Position numbers and translations under genes: made by a program. Positions 12,310-21,600 of a stretch of DNA of 32,000 bases are shown here, one piece after another. The stretch is from an uncultured Chloroflexia bacterium. GTDB lineage: Bacteria > Chloroflexota > Anaerolineae > JAAYZQ01. The notes under the pieces were generated by a model. That model did no database searches, was not told where the DNA came from, and saw only the letters and a list, made by a program, of their open reading frames with translations. The DNA is taken from positions 201,758-233,757 of the forward strand of contig CAVVMX010000043.1 of NCBI GenBank assembly GCA_963749455.1. Reading direction: 5' to 3'. Numbering within the stretch: the stretch's first letter is position 1; every line of letters begins with the position of its first letter.

Positions 12310-14061
12310 TCAAAACGCTGCCAGGTCTGCCCGCTCCGCCTCCCACATCTCGTCGAACATCGACCGGATCTCGGCCGGCGAGCAGACCGCCGCCGTCAGC
12401 GGATCGAGCAGCAGCGCGTGGAGCGCCGCCTCCCGGCTGCGCTCCAGCACCGCCTCGACCATCAGCTCGTGGACGTACATGTGCGCTGCGTCGAGCGCGG
12501 CCAGCTGCGGCGGCAGCGGCCCAAAGCGGATCGGGATGCAGGCCGGTGCCGTCGACCAGCACCGCCACCTCGACACAGCCCTCCGGCCGGCAGGTTGTCG
12601 ATCAGCCCTGCGTTCAGCACATTGCCGTGGATGACGGCCGGCCGGCCCGTCTCCATCGCCTCGACGATAGTCGAGGCATACTCGGAGCTGCGCTTCAGGG
12701 CAATCTCGCTCTTCCCGGCCAGCACGGCGCGGATCGTCTCGGCGGCGGCGGCCCGCCAGCTCGGCCAGTTGTTGGCGTAGAAGCCGCTCTCCCCCAGGTA
12801 GCCCTTCCGCGTGTAGCGCTTGATCAGGTCGGGCCGCTTGCGAAAGTAGGGCACATATTCCGAAAAGTGGCCGCTCGACTCGGTGACAAAGGCGCCAAAG
12901 TGGAGCATGACCTCGAACCGCACCGGGTCGCACTCATAGATCTCGGGGTTGTCGCGCCGCCTGGCGCAGGCGGGGGTACATGTCCTCGCCCCGCCAGGTC
13001 AGCTCGGTGAACCAGGCCAGGTGGTTGATCCCGCCGCACCGCCAGCGCAGCTCCTCGTACGGCACGTCCAGGTATTCGGCCAACTGGCGCGACGTGCCCT
13101 GCACCGAGTGGCACAGCCCGACGACCTGCAGCGGCGTGGCGCGCAGCGCCAGCAGCGTCAGCGCCGACATCGGGTTGGTATAGTTCATCACCACGGCGCT
13201 CGGGCACAGGCGCTCGACGTCGCGCACGATCTCCAGCCACGCCGGCCCGGTGCGCAGCATCTTGAATATGCCGCCCGGCCCGATCGTGTCGCCGATGCAC
13301 TGGTCCACGCCGTACTTCAGCGGGATGTCGTAATCGGGACGGACGTTGCGCAGGCCGGCCACCTCGATGGTGTTGATGACGTAATCGCAGCCGGGCAGCG
13401 CCTGCCGGCGATCGGTGGTCGCTTCCACCTGCCACCTGCCCGTCGGCGCCGCTCATCTCGACCAGCTTTTCGCCTATGGCGTGGGCCAGCTCCAGCCGCT
13501 CTGCGTCTATGTCCACCAGGGCAAAGGTGCCCTCGCTCAGCCCTGGCGTGCACAGCATATCGGCCATCAACTGCCGGGCAAAGACGGTGCTGCCCGCCCC
13601 CAGGATGGCAACCCGAACACGGTCTGTCGAGCGGGCAACAGGCGCCGGCTCGGCAACGCCGGCGGTGGCGGCAGCCGGCGCAGTCTCTGCCTGCCGCACG
13701 GCGTCCGTCACCGTGATGGCCAGATCGCCGATCTCCTGGGTCTTGAGCCGAAGCTTGAGCGTGTGCTTGCCCGGCGCCAGGGCCGCGCTCGCCATCTGCA
13801 CGGTCAGAGACACGCCCATGGGCAGCGGCAGGGGCGCGGCTCGGTGTGACCGTCGTCGCCGGCCGCGGGCTGCCGCCTGGGAGCAGGACGGCACATGCCC
13901 TCCAACGGCTGGGCCGCGCCGTCCACCTCCAGTGCGAGGATGGAGATGACAGAGCCCTGGGCCAGGTCGTTGCGCACCTCAAACTGCCAGCCTGAAGGCG
14001 TATTGCGCAGGCTGCCCTCGACATACAGTCGCTTGAGGATGAAATCCGGAATGATAGACAT
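12310..14061 (-). CDS. GH4 NAD+/Mn2+-dependent glycosidase (alpha-glucosidase/alpha-galactosidase type) with an extra ~115-aa N-terminal domain; about 6 frame changes
   Basis: The GH4 body reads RVRVAILGAGSTVFARQLM...FALVDID (tail of ORF 12824..13894). It continues as CDYVINTIEVAGL..GDTIGPGGIFKMLRT..VMNYTNPM..VGLCHSVQGT..INHLAWF (ORF 12934..13428). The next piece is HFSEYVPYF...SSEYASTIVEAMETGRP (ORF 12462..12923), and the C-terminus is in ORF 12310..12933. The N-terminal domain reads MSIIPDFILKRLYVEGSLRN...ALEVDG (ORF 13804..14061). It continues in the same open frame as the GH4 start. A GGGAGG RBS lies before the ATG at 14061. Confidence 0.8.
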
Positions 14062-14128
14062 GAGTTCCTCCCTTTTGGTACTGTGACGAACACATCATAA
14101 CCCAGGTCGATTTGATCAAGCGAGCATT

Positions 14129-14144
14129 GCAGGTTGCAACCTGC
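14129..14144. promoter_or_regulatory. Perfect 16-bp palindrome in the GH4/dnaE divergent intergenic region; candidate operator
   Basis: GCAGGTTGCAACCTGC is fully self-complementary. It lies ~70 nt upstream of the GH4 ATG, just upstream of a TATGAT -10-like element on the minus strand. Confidence 0.35.
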
Positions 14145-14191
14145 GGAAGGGACCAGTTACCTTAAAACCTCGTCACCGGCGGGCCTCCCTC

Positions 14192-14221
14192 TTCGCCAAA
14201 ACGCGACAAGTGTGGTATAAT
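14192..14221 (+). promoter_or_regulatory. Extended -10 promoter of dnaE
   Basis: gTGgTATAAT, with TATAAT at 14216-14221, and a weak TTCGCC -35 placed 18 nt upstream. GGAGA at 14229-14233 precedes the ATG at 14244. Confidence 0.55.
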
Positions 14222-14243
14222 CCGACTCGGAGATGTGCAGCCG

Positions 14244-17200
14244 ATGGCTGACCTGGTTCACCTTCACGTTCACAGCGATTTCTCTCTGCTCGACGGACTG
14301 GGCAAGGTCAAGGATCTGGCCCAGGCGGCGGCCGATATGGGCATGCCGGCTCTGGCCCTGACCGATCACGGCGTCATGTTCGGCACCCTGCACTTCTACC
14401 ACGCCGCCAAAGACGCCGGCATCAAACCGATCATCGGCTGCGAGATCTATATCGCCCCCCGGCGGATGGTCGACAAGGACCCCAAGCTCGACACCAGGCC
14501 GTACCACCTCGTCCTTCTGGCCAAAAACCAGGTCGGCTATCACAACCTGATGCAGATCGCCACGGCCGCCCAGCTCGACGGGTTCTATTACAAGCCGCGG
14601 GTGGACAAGGAATACCTGGCCGCCCACGCCGAGGGCCTGATTGCCCTGTCCTCGTGCGGTTCGGGTGAGGTGCCGCGCCTGTTGCAGGACAACCGCCCCG
14701 AGCGGGCCCGCGCCGCCGCCGAGTGGTATCGCCAGGTGTTTGGGCCCCACGGCTTTTTCCTCGAATTGCAGGAGCACGACATTCCCGAAATGGGGCCGGT
14801 CAATCGAGCCCTGGTGGCCATGAGCCGTGAGACAGGCATCCCGCTGGTGGCCACCAACGACGTGCACTATGTCCGGCGCGACCAGGCCTATGCCCACGAG
14901 ATCCTGCTCTGCATCGGGACGGGCAAGACGATCACCGATCCGACCCGGATGCGGATGAACAACGACAGCTATTACCTGCGCTCTTTCGACGAGATGGCCG
15001 CCCTCTTCCCCGAGTCGCCAGAGGCGCTGCGCAACACGGTGGCCATCGCCGAGCGGTGCGATCTGAACCTCGACCCGACCGGTTTTCACCTGCCGCCGTT
15101 TGACATCCCGGAGGGCTATACCGCCGAGACCTACCTGCGCCACCTGACCGAGGACGGCCTGCGCCGGCTGTACGGCGCCGATTTCGCAGAGCGACCGGGT
15201 GCAGAGCCGGCTGAACTATGAGATGGGCATCATCCACGACATGGGGTTCGACACCTATTTTCTGCTCGTCTGGGATCTGTGCGAGTTTGCCCGGCAGCGG
15301 GACATCTGGTGGAACGTGCGCGGCTCGGCGGCGGGGAGCATCGTCGCCTATGGCCTGGGCATCACCAACCTCGATCCGCTGGCCCACGAGCTGATCTTTG
15401 AGCGCTTTCTGAACCCCGGCCGGGTGACCATGCCCGACATCGACCTCGACTATCCCGACGACCGGCGCGAGGAGATGATCCAGTACACCCTGCACAAGTA
15501 TGGCGCCGACAAGGTGGCCCAGATCATCACCTTTGGCACGCTGGGCGCCAAGGCAGCCATCCGCGACGTGGGCCGGGCGCTGGATATCCCCCTGGGCGAG
15601 GTGGACAAGGTCGCCAGGCTGGTGCCGGGCGGGCCCCACGTCAAGCTGGACGACGCGCTGGAGCAGGTGCCGGATCTGCGCCAGATGTACGAGGGCGTCG
15701 ACTATGTCCACACGCTGGTCGATGCCGCGCGTGAGGTCGAGGGGGTGTCGCGCCACGCCAGCACCCACGCCGCAGGGGTGGTGGTGGCCGACAAGCCGCT
15801 GGTGGAGTACACGCCGCTCCACCGTCCCACCCGCGGCGCCGAGGAAGGGCTGCCGGTGGTCCAGTACACGATGGACGTGCTGGAGGACACCGGCCTGCTC
15901 AAGATCGACTTTTTGGGGCTGAGCACCCTCACCATTCTGCGCAAGGCGGTGGATCTGATCAACGAGCGCCACGGCATCTGCTACACCCAGCAGAATATCC
16001 CCCTGGACGATCCCAAGATCTACCAACTGCTGTCCAGCGGCGACGTGATCGGCCTCTTCCAGGTGGAAAGTGCGGGGATGCGCCGGGTGCTCACCTCGAT
16101 GAAACCGACCAAGTTCGAGCACGTCGTCGCCGCAATCGCCCTCTACCGCCCCGGGCCGATGGAGTTCATCGACGATTATATCGCCGGCATGCATGGCCAG
16201 AAAGCAGATCGAATATGTCCACCCGGCCCTGGAACCGATCCTGGGCGAGACCTTTGGCATCTGCGTCTACCAGGAGCAGATCATCCGCATCCTGACCGAC
16301 CTGGCCGGCTACAGCGCCGGCGACGCCGACCTGGTCCGCAAGGCGGTGGGCAAAAAGAAAAAGGAGGAACTGGTCCGCCACCGGGCCAGCTTTGTCAAGG
16401 GCGCTCGCAAGCACAGCGGCCTGGACGAGGGCGCGGCCAACAAGATCTTTGACGCCTTTGAGTACTTTGCCCGCTACGGCTTTAACAAGGCCCATTCCGC
16501 CGACTATGCCGTCATCACCTGCCAGACCGCCTACCTGAAGGCCCATTACCCGGTCGAGTACATGACTGCGCTTCTGACGGTGGAGCGCAGCAACACCGAC
16601 AAGGTGGGCCTGCTGATCGCCGAGGCCCATCGCCTGGGCATCCCGATCCTGCCGCCGGACGTGAACTATAGCGGGATCGACTTTACCATTGAGGACAGCC
16701 AGGCCGAGAAACGCCAGGATGGGGCTTCGGGATCGGCCATCCGCTTCGGCCTGGCCGCGATCAAGAACGTCGGCGAGGCGGCGGTGGAATTCATCCTGGC
16801 GGCGCGAGACAAGGGCGGCCCGTTCAAGGACGTCGACGATTTCTGCCAGCGGGTGGACCTGCGGCAGGTCAATCGCCGGGCGTTGGAATGCCTGGTCAAG
16901 GCCGGGGCGCTGAGCGCCTTTGGCAGCCGCGCCCAACTGCTGGCCGCCGTCGACCTGATGATCAGCGACAGCCAAAAGTTTCACTCCGGAATCCAACAGT
17001 CGAGCTTTTTCGACACGCCGGCCTTTGCGGCCACCAGCATCCAGGCCAACCTGCCCCAGGTTCCCGAGGCGCCGCAGAAGGAGATCCTGGCCTGGGAAAA
17101 GGAGCTGGTCGGCACCTACGTCTCCGAGCACCCCCTGTCGCGGATGTGGGTCGATCATAGAAAAGGCGATCACCGTCTTGACCGGCCAGATCGACGAGAC

Positions 17201-17942
17201 GATGGCCGAGCAGCAGGTGACGCTGGCCGGCGTGGTCAACTCTGTGCGTACGATCGTCACCAAGAAGGGCGAGCCGATGGCCTTTGCCCAGCTCGAGGAC
17301 CTGCAAGGCACCATCGAGGTGGTGATCTTTCCCCGCGTCTGGGAGCAGACCAAAGAGCTGTGGGAGGCGGATCGCATCTTGCTGGTGCGGGGCAAGGTCA
17401 GCCTGCGCGGGCGCGAGCCCAGCGTCGTGGTCGAGTCGGCCACCAACCAGATCACCTCCGTGGTGCCCAAGAGCCCTGACGAAGAACCTGGTTCCTCCCC
17501 GGGTGAGACCGCACCCGGGCGGCAGAACGGCCCGGACCGCCGTTCAGCAATGCAGACTATGCAGAGCACGCAGATCCCCGTCAGGGGACCCGCCAGGCGA
17601 CAGCCCGAAGGGCAGCAGGACGGCAAGGCTGGGGTAACCGCTGTTCAGCGCGGTCCAAAGGACCGCAGGGCAGGGCCGTTTCACCTGCACATCACCATCC
17701 CACGCAGCGACGACCTGCAATTGGTCATCAAGCGGCTGGGCCAGGTGTACGAGCTGCTGCAGAGCCATCCGGGCGGCGACCGTTTTAGCCTGTACGTGGA
17801 GAACGGAGGGCGAGGACGGGTGCAGATCGATTTCCCCAACGACACAACGCACCATTCGCTGGCCCTCGAGCAGGAGCTGCGGTCGATGTTGGGCGCGGGC
17901 ACTATCCGCATCGAGCCGGGGGTAGCTATGCCACGCGGGTGA
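14244..17942 (+). CDS. dnaE: DNA polymerase III alpha subunit with a C-terminal extension; 3 frame changes (~15190, ~16195, ~17150)
   Basis: The PHP domain reads MADLVHLHVHSDFSLLDG. Further motifs are GRVTMPDIDLDY, GVSRHASTHAAGVV, LLKIDFLGLSTLT, YRPGPME, FNKAHSADYA and the OB fold VTLAGVVNSVRTIVTKKGEPMAFAQLEDL. The gene is joined from ORFs 14235.., 15199.., 16193.. and 17025..17942. Confidence 0.95.
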
Positions 17943-18623
17943 GGTCGCCCGGGGTATGTCATTCTGACCGTCGTGCAGTGCGGCGCACGCAGGGAGCAAA
18001 GAATCCTAGGCACAGCAGAACTCCTGTTGAACGGGTCAAACGGGCATTGGCTGACTGTGGGCTGGATCCCGAGCCTGGTCCGGGAGCTGCCGGCCGACAC
18101 CAGCACTGCCGAAGCGGCAGCCCGGGCGGTGGATGCGCCGCTGGGCAGCATCGTCAAGTCGCTCGTCTTTCTGGCCGATGGGGTGCCGCTGTTGGTGCTG
18201 GTATCTGGCGATCAGCGCGCCGACGTCCACCGGCTGCGGGCGGCGCTGGGGTTGAGCAAGAAGCGGCTGCGCATCGCCCAGCCCGCCGAGGTGCTGGATC
18301 ACACCGGCTTTGAGGTGGGCGGCGTGCCGCCGGTCGGCCACAGGACAGCGAGCGAAGCGAGTCCCGGACCGTCGTACAGTGCGGCGTCAGTCCTTGCAGA
18401 TCCCGCCCTTCCGAGGGAAGAGACCGACCCGAAGGGGAGTGGGGCGCAGTATGCCGCAGTGCCAGCGGAGCGGATGGTGCGGACTCTGATCGACCGCACC
18501 CTGAGCCGCTTTGACGTCGTCTGGGCGGCGGCCGGCAGTCCTAATGCCGTCTTTCCGATCGCCTACAACCAATTGGTGGCCATTACCGGCGGCGAAGTAA
18601 TGGATCTAGTAGAGCAGTCCTAG
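17939..18623 (+). CDS. YbaK/ProX-type aminoacyl-tRNA trans-editing deacylase carrying a ~45-codon in-frame insertion; one frame change near 18065, start uncertain
   Basis: TPVERVKRALADCGLDPE comes from the frame of ORF 17939... ORF 17973..18623 then reads VRELPADTSTAEAAARAVDAPLGSIVKSLVF...GFEVGGVPPVGH[insert]VRTLIDRTL..VVWAAAGSPNAVF. A GTG at 17939 overlaps the dnaE stop (GTGA). Confidence 0.7.
17966..17987 (+). repeat. Copy A of a short dispersed repeat, at the dnaE/ybaK junction
   Basis: gaccgtcgtgcagtgcggcgca matches 18367-18388 at 20 of 22 positions. It is flanked by gtcattct...aagaatcc, which can pair (attct/agaat). Confidence 0.5.
18367..18389 (+). repeat. Copy B of the same repeat, inside the ybaK-like insertion
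   Basis: gaccgtcgtacagtgcggcgtca. It is embedded in the 18342-18476 segment, which is absent from typical YbaK/ProX proteins and contains small hairpins (cttcc-gag-ggaag at ~18408-18420). Confidence 0.5.
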
Positions 18624-18637
18624 ATTTCGGGCTTACG

Positions 18638-21600
18638 ATGGAGCAGATCTCCAACAATCCAAGACCAGAGCAGGACGTAGAAATGTATTGGCGTGTTGAG
18701 CAGTGGCGACAGCGAACGCTCTATGAAAAGGCCAGTTGGCTGGCGGTTGCCCTGTTGCTGTGCTTGACGATCGCAGTCGAGCTGGTCGCCCCAATCCTAT
18801 CATGGCGCTGGACCCAGGTGCCCTTCCTGGACCTGTTGTTTGAGCATACCCTGCTGGTCAGCAGCGACCACCGGTCGGACTGGAGCACGAACGTCACACA
18901 GGAAGGATTCCCGTACCTGGTGGCGGTCGGCGGCAAGCCGGTGACCGGCGACAAGGACCTCACGCAGGTGTTGCGCAGCCTGTCACCTGGCCAGCGGGTC
19001 ACGCTGACCCTCCAGCGGCGTGACAGCGCGATCTCCGACCTTTGTCGAGACCACCATCCAGCGGTTCCGTCTCAGGGACTGGCTGACCATGTTCTGGCTG
19101 CCCTATGGTGTCAGCCTGATCTACCTGGCCATCGGGATATGGGTCTTTTGGCTGCGCGGCGATCAACGTCCCGGCCAGAGCTTTGCCATCTTCTGCGCCT
19201 TTGTCGCCCTGGCCACCGGCACCCTGTTCGACATCAGTTCCAGCCACACCCTGACGCGCATCTGGGTGGCGTCGCTGCCCTTTATCCGCCGCCACGCTCA
19301 TGCACCTGGCCCTTGTCTTTCCCGAGGAAGGCCCTGTGATCCGCCGCTGGCCGTTGGTCCGCTTCGTCCCCTACCCGATCGCCGCGGTGCTGGCTGCCGT
19401 GTCGGAATGGCAGGCTGTACACCGCCGGCGACCCATGGGCCTACCTCCCTACCTGGCGGTGGAGCTACAACGCCATGGGCCTGGCCGTGGTTGTCTTCTT
19501 TATCCTGCTGCTTTACTCCCGCAGCCGGACCCTGTCGCCGATCGTGCGCCAGCAGGTGCGCATCATCCTGATCGGCAGCGCCCTGGCTTTTGTGCCGCTG
19601 GTCATCTTCCTGGTCCTGACCGGGCTGGAGGTGGTCATTCCCTTTCAGAGCACACTCTACCTGCCGACGCTGATCATCTTCCCGCTGTCGATCGCCTACG
19701 CCATCCTGCGCTACAGGTTGTTCGGCATGGACCTGGTGATCAGCCGAGGACTGGGCTATGCCATCCTGGTGGCCGCCAGCGCGGGCACCTACCTCCTGGC
19801 CCTGACGGTGCTGGGTCGGACGTTGAACCTTGGCCTTGTCCATGGGCCGTCCCTGCTCCTGGCGCTTGCGGTTCTGATCCTTCTCTTTGCTCTTACTCCA
19901 TTGCGCAAGGGAGCAGAACACCTGGCCGAGCGGTTGCTGGGCTGGCGCCGCTTTGATTATCGCCAGGCGCTGCAGACCTTCAGCCGCGATCTGGCGACGA
20001 TGCCCCTCGATCTGCCGGCCATCTTGAAACGGCTGCTCGCCCAGATCGAGCCGGTCAGCCATTCAGCGCCGGCCCTCGTCTTTCTGTACGATCCCAACAC
20101 CGACCAGTACACCCTGCAACAGGCCACCGGTTTCGCCATGACACCGGACCAGGAGATCCGTTTTGAACCTGATTGTGGCCTGGCCCGCTGGCTGGATAGC
20201 CTCGACCACCCTCTTTACCTGTTGGGTGACGAGTTTCGCTCGGTGGGGCACAAGCTATCCGCTGAAGAAAGGAACGAGCTGGAGAGCCTTGGGTCTGGTC
20301 CTCTTCTTGCCCCTGCACGGCAAGCGAGGCGACATGCAGGGCCGCTCGCGGCTGTCCCGGAGCGCTAGCGGAGCGGGCAACGACTGGCTGCGGGGTGGAT
20401 CGCGCTCGGCCCCCGTCTGTCGGGCGAGCCCTACTCGCCAGACAACATCGCCTTTCTGGCGGCCTTGACCGACCAGACGACCATTGTCGTAGACAATGCC
20501 CAGTTGCTGGCCGGAGCGCGTCACCAGGCCGACGAGCTGATCGCACTCCAGGAGACCGCCCTTGACATCTCGGCCCAGCAGGATCTCCCGGTTCTATTGC
20601 AGGCCATCATCGAGCGGGCAGCCCGCCTATTGGGCGCGATCGGCGGTGGGATCTACCTGGTCGAGGACGATGGCCGGCAATTGCGCCTGGTGGCCAGCCA
20701 CAACCTGGGAGGTGACTATGACGGCGTCGTGCTGCCGCGGGGCACAGGCGTGGCCGGTCAGGTTGCCCTGCGCGCCCGGCCGCTGCGGGTCGACGATTAC
20801 CAGCACTTTGCCGGCAAGGCCGACGCCTTTGCGGATGCTCCCTTCCGCGCTATCATGGGCGTGCCCCTCATGGGCCACGACCAGGTGCTGGGCGTGCTCG
20901 ATGTGGTCGATACCAACCCGGCCCGCACCTTCAGCCACGAGGACGAATGGCTGCTGGCCCTGTTCGCCGGCCAGGCGGCCATCGCCCTGCGCAACGCGCA
21001 GCTGTTCGCCGACCTGGAACGACGGGTGGTCCAACTGGACGCTTTGAGGCAGATTGGCGAAGCGGTTGACCTGCGGCGCGGACTGGACGATCTGCTGGGT
21101 CAGATCTACCTCCAGACCGAGCGGATGATGCAGGTCGACAACTTTTACGTGGCCCTGTACGACGACCGCCGCCAGGAGTTCACCTTCGCTTACTATGTCG
21201 AAGAGGGGGAACGTCGCGAGCCTGCGCTCAAGACCTGGCCGTTGGGCACCGGGCTTGACCAGCGAGATCGTCCGCCAGCGCTCGCCCATCATCACCGACG
21301 ACTATTTGACCGAATGCCAGCGGCGGGGGGTCGCGGCCAGCGGCACACCGGGCAAGGCGTGGCTGGGCGTGCCGTTGATAGCCGGGGACCAGGTGCTGGG
21401 CGTGATCAACGCCTCCAGCTTCCAGCCCGACTATCGCTACACCCCGGAACAGGTCCAGGTCATGCTGGCCATCGCCGACCAGGCAGCCGCGGCCATCGAG
21501 CGGATAGGGCTGTACCAGGAGATGAAAGCCCGCGCCACCGAGCTGGCCACGCTGAACGAGGTGAGCCAGACGATCAGCTCCACGCTCGACCTGGACAACG

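Noticed and set aside
14932-17626. Two long minus-strand ORFs (442 and 486 aa)
   Set aside because: They are antisense to dnaE, whose plus-strand translation is unmistakable. These are shadow frames.
20340-20400. Apparent in-frame TAG (20366-20368) and extra ~50 nt inside the kinase, considered as a gene boundary or inserted element
   Set aside because: The stop lies in a frame that is not the coding frame at that point. Coding switches from frame 3 to frame 2 downstream of it, and the flanking sequence continues as one GAF-type unit (..LPLHGKRGDMQG...WIALGPRLSGEPYSPDN..).
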